From NCBI GenBank assembly GCA_000004985.1, contig GG738895.1: a stretch of DNA of 64,000 nt, one strand, 5' to 3'. Position 1 is the stretch's first letter, and the number at the start of each line of letters is the position of its first letter. The stretch comes from Naegleria gruberi. Its lineage: Eukaryota. Both the position numbers and the translations under genes were made by a program. The notes below the pieces were generated by a model. The model made no database searches. It worked only from the letters and a program-made list of their open reading frames with translations, and was not told the DNA's origin. Shown piece after piece: positions 22,901 to 34,047 of this stretch.

Positions 22901-22929
22901 GAAAGAAAAATCGTTGTTTAACCATTTAA
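19912..22929 (+). CDS. Paralog of the 6684..10231 receptor: signal peptide, NHL-like propeller, EGF repeats, GPS/GAIN-like motif (CMFFDTSINDWSDEG...MKCETKHLTSFAVI), TM, short tail ending CLTI.
   Basis: 1005-aa intronless ORF. Collinear with the 6684 gene through the segments IIVEVVETVTDLNSKNLTF / IIVQTIGTVEDLNSRVVNF and KHLTSFAVIDKNYKK / SHLTSFSVIDKNYKK. Confidence 0.8.
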   Translation: MVKLWYFLTVLLSILILVSHSCQAKVIDPNSLNAAVATHLYERKFLGALCDGTTGLACYTGYVKQTFLYNETELYFTNSFTKSINKYNLQTKVVETIVGTGSYHRAPLTLSDLYATPKETNIGEPNSVAVYQGFVYFTTIENTDVIFRVKSEGSGLVTIFAGVSGSTGYNPLVISRTSSPLSGPTYLNFYSNGNLILYESEICTIRLISGNNITTLAGNGLCNYAYVNNTLSNGISAMTISTDQILYISTPSGVIMKWNGADFVTVYDTQAFVSSLAANSANIYFTTDTNELSSVSIDGSNRVVLMGPNLGFMSDGQVLSGGKTASPMALSISKASSTLFFSENGNARIRTYLNANVKTLIGFSSSGSAATTLVNPTKMALVGSNLYVLETMSGSILNYDVSGNAPAGGGGYKLVTSIAGCSSIVAINNTVYVGSTLYNSVYKIEGTKAIRIAGNGTNLSSGDGKYANASTISNPLALASDSSGSLYILSTNIIRKVDKNGIISTLYNYFSTGLNDIYISEKDEILISDLKGYVYQLTCTTDLFQFCGYIQIAGVSNGLARSVGFNNALEVPIKPLTISAVSNFKTGYWNTLLISESTSISVVSEGLISGLVYNPKNSPTVSFQTLQVTGFAVNQTNGVIYVSGPYGISTLTPYKLPREACPCSGNGICYSNNPNLCLCDQGWSGTKCALPLCNGILSTNPQVCTNGQGVCSAPDSCVCKSGFVGTQCQIPFCVGSTLNENFTCSESQSNSGSNSSTSTKQEIIVEVVETVTDLNSKNLTFTTVDTIEVVFPSNFSSYLSQTISQIANNPITLVSSVVDSTNSSTNPSENPVKPQLVVSPVITLSLFTNSSMIISVKNLEKPIELLFTNIQLSKIESSSNLTCMFFDTSINDWSDEGISSKIISIQQADSQFVISMKCETKHLTSFAVIDKNYKKQVSSPNEGGNKIPATVSEWKSQLEGLSESEIIAISVSIGGSCLIIATLAILISVVCIIVMKRKKNRCLTI

Positions 22930-23000
22930 TTCATTGTAAAATATATAATACTATTTAATACAAGTTACAAAAAAAATTATTTAAAAAAATATTAAAAAAA

Positions 23001-24462
23001 ATGCAGCAACATCACAATCAACCTTTCCCGTCCAATTCATCATCATCATCATCACTACCACATCACCATCATCATCAAAATAATAATATTCACCAAATAG
23101 TTAATCATCAACATTACATGGAAAATCCGCTTTCCCGAATAAATTTCCGAGCAGAAAAACAATTTCTCGAAAGGCGGGAATTTTATGGCAAGTGTAGGAA
23201 CGTGGAAGAGTTTGAAAAGTTGGAGAAGATATTTGAGAATGTGTACAAGGCAAGGGATTTGAAGAGTAATGAGATTGTGGCGTTGAAGAGATTAGATTTT
23301 AGTTCGAGATATGAGGAGGGAATTTCGTTGGCTTATTTGAGAGAAATTTCATATTTGCAACAATTTTGTCAAGAATTGAAACATGGAAATATTTTGGGAT
23401 TGAGGGAGATGGTGGTTGGAAGTAAATTGGATAGTGTATTTATTGTGATGGATTTTATAGAGAATGATTTGACGACTGTGATTGATAAATCAAAGAGATT
23501 TGCATTGCTTGAATCGGAAATTAAGTGTATAATGTTACAAATTTTAGAGGGTGTGAATTATTTACATGAAAATTTGATTATTCATAGGTAAATATTCGAT
23601 TTTGAATGATTCAAAACCTTTGAGTAGAGATTTAAAACCCTCTAACATTTTATATGATAGAGGAATTATTAAGATTATTGATTTTGGATTGGCAAGGAGT
23701 GACACAAAGTTTTTGGATGGAGATCTCGCCTATGGAAGTAGTCATCAAAAGGACTCTATCATTGAAATGTTCAAGAAAAAGACGCCAAATCTCATAACCC
23801 TCTGGTATAGACCTTTAGAACTCTTGTTGGGGACATTGGACTATGACAAGTCGATTGATATGTGGAGTGTTGGATGTATTTTTGCTGAAATACTATTGAG
23901 GAGGCCATTATTTGGAGCTGATACTGAAATTCAAGCATTTGATATGATATTCAAACTGTTAGGAGCACCAAGTGAATCATGGCTCAAGTCAGGGAATTTC
24001 CCTTCTGCCTCCAAATACCTTTCCCCTAATTTACTGAAAAAGTATGAAAATGTGAATGCCCGTGAAAATATTAGAAGAACATTCTCTCAAGCTAATGTAG
24101 ATCCGAAATGTATTGACCTCATTGAAAAGCTTCTCGTTATTGATCCAAAGAAACGACTCACATGTAAGGAAGCACTCAATCATGACTATTTCAAGACTTA
24201 TCCACTTGCATGCTCACCCAAACAATTACCCTCCTTTATTGAGAGAGATTTTGTGCAATATAAACGATCATCACACAATCATCGTCATTTATACGATGAT
24301 GACAATTATGAGAGAGATGGTTATCAGCATCAGCAGCACCACCATCAGCACAATAATTATTCCACACATAACGATCAGCACAACGAATATCAGCAACACA
24401 ACAAACGAGGAAGAAATGATTACAATTCCGAAAGAAATGATCAGTGGAAGAAACGAAAGTAA
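23001..24462 (+). CDS. CDK-family Ser/Thr protein kinase with His/Ser-rich N- and His/Gln-rich C-terminal extensions. Exons 23001..23587 and 23628..24462; 40-nt intron.
   Basis: Kinase subdomains VALKRL, a PSTAIRE-like ISLAYLREISYLQ, HRDLKPSNIL reconstituted across the intron (GTAAAT at 23588, AG at 23627), DFGLAR, and WYRPLELLLG. Confidence 0.8.
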
Positions 24463-24610
24463 CAATATTCGCCAATCCATCCAATAATGAGCTCATTCAA
24501 GAAATCAAAAAACCAATATTACAAAATTCAATTAAATATTAATATATAATAGTTTAAATAAAAGTAAACACAAAAATTGTGATTATTTTCCAATAACAAT
24601 CACACACATA

Positions 24611-25243
24611 TTAGAGATTCTTTGAAAGCCAATCCAGACCTTCCTTCAATCCATCACCACTCACAGCACTACACAATTGCAAATTCCACACTTGTTTAAT
24701 TTCCTTCAATCCCAAAAACGATTCCAATTTTTCTCTGGACTTGTTTGCTTCATCCAGATCTTGTTTGTTGGCAAATATCAGAATTTTAGCTTTGGCCAAC
24801 AAGGGATCATTAATTACGGAAAATAATTCTTCTTTACATTCTTCCATTCTGTCACTATCCGCAGAATCTACAACAAAGACAAGAGCTTGTGATTTGGAAA
24901 AGTAATGTTTCCAAAGTGTTCTCACTTGTTTTTGTCCACCTAGTGAAATTAAAGTGACATTTTTGAAATTATTGAATCAAAATTAAAATCATCATTAGAT
25001 GTAGTACATACCTAAATCCCACATACACAATTTAGTTCCGTTGTAATCCAACTCTTCTACATTGAAACCAATAGTTGGAATCGTCTGTATTGTTTGATTA
25101 ATTTGAAGTTTATAGAGAATGCTTGTTTTACCAGCGCCATCAAGACCTAAAAATTTAATGGGATGATGACAGAGATACTACATACCTAGAAGAAGTATTC
25201 TTGGTGGCGAGAGAGCGAATAATGGTTTTATAAAATTGCCCAT
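24611..25243 (-). CDS. ARF-like small GTPase (N-myristoylation MGN...). Exons 25186..25243, 25012..25146, 24611..24939; introns 39 and 72 nt.
   Basis: Spliced product reads [33 protein letters not shown]...[12 protein letters not shown]...[17 protein letters not shown]...FANKQDL...[19 protein letters not shown], with ARF family motifs GLDGAGKT, WDxGGQ, NKQD, SA. Confidence 0.8.
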
Positions 25244-25408
25244 GTTTGACAGTTGGCAGGTAGAGGTTGAATGATGGTAATACTCCTTTTGGCGTTTTTT
25301 TTGTTGTTTTTTGCGCTTATTCCGGTTTGTTTTCCACTACGATATTTGTTGAACACAAGCATCAAAATAACAAATTCAATATTCTTAACTTTAAATATCT
25401 ATTCGAAT

Positions 25409-27230
25409 CTAATGAATCTTATTATCTGAAACTGTAGAACATATCGAACTGTCCTTTGTTACAAATGAATTGTCTGGTGGAACATAGGTAGAGTCTCGGT
25501 TATCTTTAAAGGAATCATCTTTTCCAATGAAAGGTTCTTCATTTTCTGCAGAATGTTCATTTAGGATAATCTTCTTACTCTTCTCCAATGTTGAAAAGAT
25601 CTTTCTCACAACGTTGCAATTGTAGCACTCTTTAACGTGTTCCTTGTCAAACATGGTTGACATGGTATTGAGAAATGCACAAAATGCAAAAAGTGGCGAG
25701 ATGAAATCAAAATAGTATACAATGCTGAATTCTAATGAACTAGTTCCTTTTAACGTAAGAATATAACTTGCTGTACTCAACAAAAGGGGAATTGCAAGTG
25801 TCAAGGTAAGAAGAACGAATCTTTTAAAATACTATACTCATTGTAATGAATTAGAAGCCATTGCTACTTACTGTTGTTTTGAAAAAGTTGACATTTGTTA
25901 CAGTTCTCAATGCTTTCACCAATCTTATTGAAAGAATGATAAAGAGTGTTGAGGTAACCACAAGTGGGACATACCACGCCACAATGACACTGATAATACC
26001 GTTCGGTATTAAACTCTCGCCGATCATTATGAATAAACTTGTTGTAATTACTGATAAAAAACAACAAGCGTAAATAACACCAGCCCCAAAGGTTAAAATC
26101 TTGAAAATCTTACTGTTTGCCTGTTCCTTTGTTGTTAAGAACATGTAAATTCTGTCAAAAACCAAAAACGCTGGCAACATTGCATAGTAAATAGAGAATA
26201 GAGCTATGGCTGAGAATATCGTTCCCATTCCATACAGTATCAGATTATCAGAGAATGGAGGAGATATTGAATAGCATGTGACCAGAATCTCTCCAATTGT
26301 TGAAGTTATCAAGAGGAATAGAGTTGACAACTCAACAGATCTAAACTTTCTTCTTTTAACAATATGAACAAAATAAGGAATCACAACAAGGAAGAAACTC
26401 AGCACAACTGTTGGAATGCCAAACAAGAAAACGACAACTATTCTCGAAACGACTGGTGAATTTGAAAATTCTACAAAACAATCACTCGAAAAGGCATTGA
26501 GAGAAGAACAATAGCAAATAAATGGAGTCAATAAACTGAGATATCTGTCATTGGCAAAATAAATGGGTATTCCTTTCGAAAATCCTCCACAAAGAAAGGT
26601 CGAAGGATATTCCACCATTGTTGAATTGTCCAGACTCATCTTCCAATCAATAATTTTCAAGTGATGTTGCAGATAGTTCTTGGCACTCGAACAATACTGA
26701 CAATAATTAATTGCCATATAATCGGAAGTGTTTCTTCTCTGATACAACTCAAGACAATCCAAATCCTTGAATAATGAACATAAATCCTCTCTTTCCCTAC
26801 TAGCAACCACAGGAGAATATTGAAATTTGTTGCTGCTTGCATCTCCAAAGTATATCGATCGGATCGTTAAGGGAATCATTACTTTCTCACAACCAAAAGC
26901 GAAGGGTAATTCAGGAAACTTGTCCATGAATTCAGAATTCCATTCCACTTTTTCAAATACATACTCTCTTCCCGGTTTAATAAAGAAGGAACAATTCTTC
27001 CACTCCCCATCGACATAATCATTCTTATTAAATTGTATATTATTTCTTTCCGTACTTAGTCCATTCACCATTAAGGCACTACTCATCAAACAAAACCACA
27101 TCATTGTTATTATCATCATCATCATGTACATTAATAAATTATTCTTCCTTCCATTTCCCTTACACTTTCTATAAGCACATCGCCCGAGTGCTCTAGAAAA
27201 AAACGCACAAAAACTCGCAGCTGTTTTCAT
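25409..27230 (-). CDS. 7TM receptor-like protein, paralog of 12162..14067 (Cys-rich ectodomain + 7 TM helices). Exons 25872..27230 and 25409..25831; 40-nt intron.
   Basis: GTAAGT at 25871..25866 and AG at 25832 join the two track ORFs in frame (...VNFFKTT|YFKRFVLLTLTLAIPLL...). The ectodomain motif NYCQYCSSAKNYLQH matches NYCNFCSHPNFASFH of the paralog. Confidence 0.6.
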
Positions 27231-27494
27231 CCTCCTGTTTTTTTAATTGATTAAATATCTAAACACAATACGTAAGGAAAAAGAAAGCCGCTTTCAAGTG
27301 TATTAATAGCTTTGCCTTATCTGTTTGAAGATCTTCAATTATGATAATAAGGAAAGCGTAGCAGGCACTATTAAGGATATTGTCCAATATTATAAATATA
27401 AAATCGCCTATATTATAAATAATGGACGTATACAACAACCTTCCATTACAAAACCAAATAACTTTCATTCAAGCAAATATAATACATTTAAAAA

Positions 27495-29318
27495 ATGGCG
27501 TTCCTTCTTGGTCGTATGAAGATGAACTTTGGGAGACTCACTTCATCATCTTCATCACCCACAAATGTATCCACAACGATAGCAGCAAATTCAGCCGCCG
27601 ATTTTCAGTCAAATGCAAATTCAATATCATCACCATCTTTATCATCGTCGTCATCATTGTTTTTTCCATCGGGTGATGAATTAATAATTGTGAATATTTT
27701 AGAGTTTTTAAATTCGGGTGTGGTGGATATTATTGCGTGTGCTAATGTTTGTTCGGATTGGAGGAGAGTGTGTGAGTCTGCTTTGGTTGATTTGCAATTT
27801 TCTAATCATGTGTATAGTAGAAAGATATTAGGAAAGGTTTATAGAGAAATTGAGAATCCAGACAAGTATCGTTTCTTTGATTATTTCTCATCGATAAAGA
27901 TTACATTGCCAAATAGTGAAGTATCTCAGAATATTATACAGAGATTGCTGAAAACAAAAAAGTGTGAAAAATTGGGATTGAGGAATTTCAAAGTCAAGTT
28001 TAGTGAAATTTATAAGAAAAATATCGTTGCTGCGAGGATAAAGTTTATAGAGCTGAGCAAGTGTGAAGTGGATTCATTGGAATATTTCGATAAAATATTT
28101 CCCAACTTGAAGAGTTTCAAATTTAGTGGAACAATACAAAAGTCATCTATTGAGAGCTTTGTAAAAACAACATTTACTAATTTGGAGTCTATTAATTTGG
28201 AAATTCAGACAGAGGAACAATTTACCTGTTTGGTTTGTCCAAAAAATCCGTGTGTAAATATGAAAGAATTTCAGCTCTACTCCAAATTGCAAAACTGTGG
28301 TGATTATCAAGTCAAGTTCAATAGAGAATTCTTCCCAAATATGAAATCTCTATTCTTTTCCATGCATTCAGCTTACAATGAAAAGGTATTACAAAATTGT
28401 GATTTGGAAGTTGACTCTTTACGGATAAGGGCAAGAGTTTCATCTGTGGCTCTCTCAAAGTTGACCAGTCTCGTCCATTTGGAAGTCAAGACACTTTCAA
28501 GTTTGGATAATTTACGACTACCAAATTTAAAAACCCTCACACTAGATAGTAATTATGATTCGAAATCTCACACAGTCAAGCTTCCATACATGCACTTGCC
28601 AAACCTTGAGAGCTTGACCATTTCGGATAGAAAAGGCATTGTGGAACTTTCTAACTTGATTCAGTTTACAAAATTGAAAACTCTCGATATTGATTGCGAT
28701 TCACTGAAAGAGGTTAAAACCGTTCGAGAATTAAAAACATTGGAAGATATTTCAATTGGTTGTCATTTCAAAGAAGGAGGCATTGAACATTTGGCAGATT
28801 TGAAAATTACCAAGTTGAGAATATTTTCAGGTCAAGTAGAAAACGAGAATATGTATGTCATTTCCCAATTGGAGCATTTGAAACACTTGGAAATTACAAT
28901 TGAAACTATTGGACAATTGGTGCTCCTTTCAGAAGGAAAACTTTCAAATCTAACCTATATCAAATTCTACAAGACGAAGAAGCGTCTGGATTTATATGGA
29001 GCATTGGCTCAAGCTAACTGTAAAAACCTTGTACAAATCAAATTCCAGAGTTTGGATATTCGCTCGGCAAGTGAATTATTACTCAATAATCCATTTCCAA
29101 AGTTGAGAATTTTAAAATTAAGGAAATCATTTGACTTGAAAACAGCAAAGCACTTGGATTTGTTGAAAGTACTTTTAACTACTGATAGCTCTGAATCTCC
29201 ACTACAGGAAATTCACATAAAATGCAAAGGAGACTATACTAACAATAAGGAAATTCAACAAATGATTGAAAAATCATCAAGAATCTTATACATTCAACCA
29301 AGAAATAGCAAGAAATGA
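27495..29318 (+). CDS. F-box-like / leucine-rich-repeat protein.
   Basis: 607-aa ORF. Ser-rich N-terminus, then an F-box-like segment (ELIIVNILEFLNSGVVDIIACANVCSDWRRVC) and many L-rich repeats. Confidence 0.5.
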   Translation: MAFLLGRMKMNFGRLTSSSSSPTNVSTTIAANSAADFQSNANSISSPSLSSSSSLFFPSGDELIIVNILEFLNSGVVDIIACANVCSDWRRVCESALVDLQFSNHVYSRKILGKVYREIENPDKYRFFDYFSSIKITLPNSEVSQNIIQRLLKTKKCEKLGLRNFKVKFSEIYKKNIVAARIKFIELSKCEVDSLEYFDKIFPNLKSFKFSGTIQKSSIESFVKTTFTNLESINLEIQTEEQFTCLVCPKNPCVNMKEFQLYSKLQNCGDYQVKFNREFFPNMKSLFFSMHSAYNEKVLQNCDLEVDSLRIRARVSSVALSKLTSLVHLEVKTLSSLDNLRLPNLKTLTLDSNYDSKSHTVKLPYMHLPNLESLTISDRKGIVELSNLIQFTKLKTLDIDCDSLKEVKTVRELKTLEDISIGCHFKEGGIEHLADLKITKLRIFSGQVENENMYVISQLEHLKHLEITIETIGQLVLLSEGKLSNLTYIKFYKTKKRLDLYGALAQANCKNLVQIKFQSLDIRSASELLLNNPFPKLRILKLRKSFDLKTAKHLDLLKVLLTTDSSESPLQEIHIKCKGDYTNNKEIQQMIEKSSRILYIQPRNSKK

Positions 29319-29923
29319 TTTTTTCTCAATGAATAGCATTGTCAACAACCTCAATGAGAAACTCGTCCACCTGGGAAATAATGAATCATGAGACAATTCG
29401 CACAAGGTGCTTCTTTTTTCCAACCACCTTTTGCGTATCCTAAACTTTGCCGAGAGTTTCTTTTTGGATGAAGCTTTCTGTCGTACATATTACTTTCTGG
29501 TGATACTGACTTTATAATATTGAAATGTACGACACCTTCTCCTTCTAGAATCTAATTGCAGGTCTCCAACATTATAGACGACACCTCACAACATTATCAA
29601 CTCTAAAAACCTGGCCATTATTTTGAATTTTCAACGAAATTATAATGAAGAAAATCTTACAACTGTTTTCTCATTAAGGATTCAATCCCTTCAAATCCAA
29701 CAACAATAATTTCGGTATTACAAGAGTGAAGAATCATCTGTTACTCACTACCAAAAAACCAACTTCTCAATTTGAAACAAATTGGAAATGGAAAATTTTC
29801 GTAAATGGATGGAGCATTTATAGTTAAGAAGTTTGAAACAACACAATTTGACCGTTGTTCCCTTCTTGTTGAAAAGTTATCAGAAAAAAAGAACGAATCA
29901 CAAACTCATTTAGACGATTAAAA

Positions 29924-32050
29924 ATGTTGAATGTTAATTACTGTTGGTTGAATCATCAACAGAGGACAATTATGAAGAATCATGTGAGGAAGATTATTTT
30001 AAATGACAAATCGAAAAGATTGAACATGTTGGCAATGTTTGTTTGGTTTTGCTTGGTGCTGTGTTTGGTGTTAATAGCTTTTAGAGTGGCATTACTTCAA
30101 TTCGATCAGTCATTCTTTAATAATAATATTCAATTTCACACAACTCCATTGATACATTCATCTTCAATTAGATCATCAGCAAAAACATTGATAAGGAGGA
30201 ATTTGGAAGGTAGCAATTCACAGAAGAGATTACCACTTTCATCTTCATTGGAAATTCGACCTCAGCTTGATAAGTCAACGTTGGATTTCTCAAAGAAATC
30301 ATCAATAGCAACACTTGATGATTTGGAAAAGTTTGTCAATTCGCCACTGCAGGTGAATCCTCGTCAAGTGGAGAGAGCATTTGCTGCCTTTCTGTCAGTT
30401 TCGTCTAATGACAGAAAAGCTTTCGATTACATGATTGGAGTTTTATCTCTTTTTCAGAGTATCAAGATGAATACACAAGACATTCAACAAAATCCATTCA
30501 TTCTCGTCCTAGTTCCACCAAGAATGAATGTTGAAAAGTCATCAGTCGAAAAGACACTATACTTTATGGAACAAATTGTAAATAATTTAAGTGAACAAGA
30601 TCGACAATATTTTCACTTTTTCATTGCTAGATATATTGACAATCCAACGAATGGCAAGCACTCAGCTTCAAATTCAGTAGAGAGGAGATACATGGACACG
30701 TTCAATAAGATTCACATGTGGAGATTGGATGAATTTGGTTACAAAAAGGTTATCTATTTGGATGCGGATGTGGTGATTCTGAGACCAGAGATTGATCATT
30801 TGTTTAAATGTGGACACTTTTGTGCTGTTAGTGATTTGTGTGTACCAGATTATTTCAATGGTGGATTGATGGTTTTGAAACCTGATACGAAAGTTTTTCT
30901 TGACATGAAGGAGAAAATGGGATTGAAAGAATATCAGAGTTATGATGGTGGAGAACAGGGTTTTATTAACAAGTACTTTAATTTTCAGAAGGATAGCAAG
31001 TTTTGGCCTTTGGAAAAGCTTGCAAGAGAATCTGAATTGGCCAATCCTGTGGGTGGTTCAATTGACTTGCAAGAAAGTGTCAAGGATGATGTTTACAGAC
31101 TTCCATTCAATTACAATGGTCAAGTTCCTTTGATTTTCATCTCAAAATTAGGTTGGAACAAAAAGTTTGGTGACAAATTCGTGGCTGTTCACATAACTCT
31201 TCCTCTGAAACCCTGGGAATTTATTTCCTTTCCAATATTTGATGTTTCTTATTATTGGTATGCTTACTTTAGATTTACAAATGTTTATAGAACCTTTCCA
31301 TGGACCCTCTTCACTGTTAATATCATGCTGGTTTTGAGTGGTTTTGTAATTCTTGACAGAGTGTTGAATAGTAAGAGAAAGCTCACTTCAATATATGGCA
31401 TGCAGTGGATGGTGTCATCTATTGAAGATAGAATTAACAAGTTGAGTGGAATGAATGATAGTAGAGAATCCATGTTTACAACAATGGTATTGAATTTCGT
31501 CCCAATATTTCTCATAATCCCAACAACTGTAATTCCTGTCATTATCTACATGACTCAGTTATTTGTACAACATTATGATCCACACATGATTTGGTTGAAC
31601 TTGATTATTAGTGTTGGCGCTGGTGCTTTCATTGCATTGGGGTTGTTTTCATTGCTGGTTTCGTCTTGCACTCCCTCGAATATTTCCTTAATGAAATCAC
31701 CTTCCACAATTGTTGATTATGAACAATTAGAGAATAGACTTGGAGTTTCCAATGGCACTGGATTGAATTATTGTTTTTGGATTATGATATTTGTGAGCTA
31801 TATGTTTTTAGGATTCTTTTCACTCTTCTTGCTTCCATCATTCCTGTTTGGTTATATTTCCATCAACATTGCATGCACAATATTGTACAGTACCATCTTG
31901 TTGGCATTGGTGATATTTAAGGTTATTACTCCATTGGCTAACCAGGTAATTTTGCATTCTATCCGTGGAGGAGATTTGTCAGTCAAGAAGTCTTGTGAAA
32001 TTGATGATAGGAATGAAAAGCAACTATTGGCTCAATCTTCCAGTGCATAA
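29924..32050 (+). CDS. Glycosyltransferase family 8 (glycogenin/LARGE-like) catalytic domain fused to a C-terminal multi-TM region.
   Basis: GT8 motifs: YLDADVVIL (DxD), NGGLMVLKP, GGEQGFINKYF. N-terminal signal anchor; about 6 hydrophobic helices in the C-terminal 250 aa. Confidence 0.7.
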   Translation: MLNVNYCWLNHQQRTIMKNHVRKIILNDKSKRLNMLAMFVWFCLVLCLVLIAFRVALLQFDQSFFNNNIQFHTTPLIHSSSIRSSAKTLIRRNLEGSNSQKRLPLSSSLEIRPQLDKSTLDFSKKSSIATLDDLEKFVNSPLQVNPRQVERAFAAFLSVSSNDRKAFDYMIGVLSLFQSIKMNTQDIQQNPFILVLVPPRMNVEKSSVEKTLYFMEQIVNNLSEQDRQYFHFFIARYIDNPTNGKHSASNSVERRYMDTFNKIHMWRLDEFGYKKVIYLDADVVILRPEIDHLFKCGHFCAVSDLCVPDYFNGGLMVLKPDTKVFLDMKEKMGLKEYQSYDGGEQGFINKYFNFQKDSKFWPLEKLARESELANPVGGSIDLQESVKDDVYRLPFNYNGQVPLIFISKLGWNKKFGDKFVAVHITLPLKPWEFISFPIFDVSYYWYAYFRFTNVYRTFPWTLFTVNIMLVLSGFVILDRVLNSKRKLTSIYGMQWMVSSIEDRINKLSGMNDSRESMFTTMVLNFVPIFLIIPTTVIPVIIYMTQLFVQHYDPHMIWLNLIISVGAGAFIALGLFSLLVSSCTPSNISLMKSPSTIVDYEQLENRLGVSNGTGLNYCFWIMIFVSYMFLGFFSLFLLPSFLFGYISINIACTILYSTILLALVIFKVITPLANQVILHSIRGGDLSVKKSCEIDDRNEKQLLAQSSSA

Positions 32051-32150
32051 ATTATGAATACAGTAGATAAAGTAGCACTGTTAGGTAATTAAATCCAACG
32101 ATATTGAATCAAATTCTATAAGACGATAATTATGAAAATTGCAAAATTCT

Positions 32151-33704
32151 TTAATTTTGTAATAATCCTTCCAAAATGGCAATGTAATGAACAATAGAAT
32201 CCAAATACACATTTTCATCCAAATATTCGTTGTGGTCATGAAGCAAAACCTTGGTATTTGGCATGTAACTGTATCCGATCATGTTGACACCGGCAGCTCT
32301 TGGGAACTAATAAAGAATTAATAAATATAATGCAAAATAACTTACTCTGGCATCAGTGGCAGCTGGGAAAATTCTCAATTCTGTCTTCATTCTTGAAGAG
32401 ACAATATCTAAGAATTTCTTAACAGTTTCATCATTAAGATCAGCAACTGGATTGATCTTTGGTTGTTCAATAAACTTGATGGTACCATTAACAAAATCAG
32501 CCCATGAACGAAGCATAATTTCAATTTCCTTCAAGTCAATATGTGGTGGAATTCTCATATCAAACAAGGCAGTAGCTGTTCTTGGAATAACATTAGGACT
32601 AGAGAATTCTCCAGTTTCCTTGTTGGTATGTCCTGCTCTGAGACCTGTCAAATTGATAGTAATAACAGTACTACATTGTGTCTTTTCTCTTGGATTGTTG
32701 GTTTGCAATCTCATTTGAACTTGTTGTTGTTCTCTGAATGGGAAAACCTTTTCATTGAGCAATTTGTAAATCTTTTCAGTGGCTGTTTGAGGAATGAATT
32801 GAGAGCCGTGTCCAACATTACCTGTGGCAGTAATTTCAAACCAGTGAGCAACATTTTCACCATAATAAATTGGGATTATATCTTCATCCAATCCACTTGC
32901 CAAACCTTCATCAATACCAAAACTAACATTCAATTCCTTCCACAATTCGTTTTGAATCAAACATTCCCATCCATCATCACCTCCAATTTCTTCATCAGCA
33001 ATAAAAACAACTTGAAGATTTCTCTCTGGTTTGAATCCAGATTCCACAAGAGCAACAAGAGCTTCCATGTAACCAGTTCCGATATTCTTCATATCTTGAG
33101 ATCCTCTCGAGTAAACTCTTCTGCCCTTTCCTGTATTTTCATCAACCATTGTTGCATCAAATGGTGGATACTTCCATTGATCCTTATCAACAGGAACTAC
33201 ATCAGTATGACTATTAATCATGATACTTCCCTTCGAAGCATCTCTTCCTTTCCATGTAAATATAAAACTTGGTTTAGCAGGATTGCAATGGAAAATATAA
33301 TACTTGAGAATGGAATTTTCTCCAGTCTTTAAATTAGCATTCACTTGCACTTCCTTGATCGGATCAGTACTATCATCAATATGGAAAACACTTCTTGTCC
33401 ATTTCAACAGAAAATCAATAGCAGTGGCATAATCAGGCTTTGGATGTTGAGTAGGTAATCTCAAATAGTCTTGGAATCGTTTCATGATATCATCACGAAG
33501 GCTTTGATCCGAGTAGATTTTACTCTTGTATTGATCGGCTAAAGTTGTTGTTGTTGTTGTTGGAATGTGGATATCTACAATGGGATCTGCATTAATTTGT
33601 TGTTGTTGTTGATCCGATCCAAATACAACATTGATGAACAATACACAACACAATACAATTATTAAAATTGATGGTGATGAATTGTAAAAATTAAATCTTT
33701 TCAT
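32151..33704 (-). CDS. Aminoacylase-1-like M20 metallopeptidase, secreted (signal peptide). Exons 32346..33704 and 32151..32306; 39-nt intron.
   Basis: Matches the ACY1 family: NSHTDVVPVDKDQWKYPPFDA, SRGSQDMK, FIADEEIGG, FPAATDAR. The last exon (FPRAAGVNMIGYSYMPNTKVLLHDHNEYLDEN...) is found after GTAAGT...TTATTAG, and the track ORF end at 32307 is the acceptor AG. Confidence 0.8.
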
Positions 33705-34047
33705 TTTTTGTGGTTATATTATTTTTATTGATATAAATATTACAATCAATTGGGAAATGGAATATTCGATCATGTTTGAATAAAGAGGTATTGTATTTTA
33801 CATTAACATCGTAATAACCAAAAATTACTTAACCTGCTTGAAAGGATATGGATCTTTATTGGCAGGTCATTAGAATTCCAACAAAGTCTCAAATTGTAAA
33901 GCTTGTGGAAGAGATGATTTAAAGTAATTGAAATTTGTTTTGATGAAGACGGAATAACGAAATTTTTGCTTTAATGAACAAGAAATCAACAAGAAACGAA
34001 AAAGTTTGTCCTCTAGGTTGGGAATTCGGAAGTTTCGAATTAAAATA

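Noticed and set aside
24113-24496. ORFs 24113..24487(+), 24236..24496(-) and 24289..24480(-) over the 3' end of the CDK gene.
   Set aside because: Alternative-frame or antisense reads of the His/Gln/Asn-rich repetitive tail; compositional artefacts.
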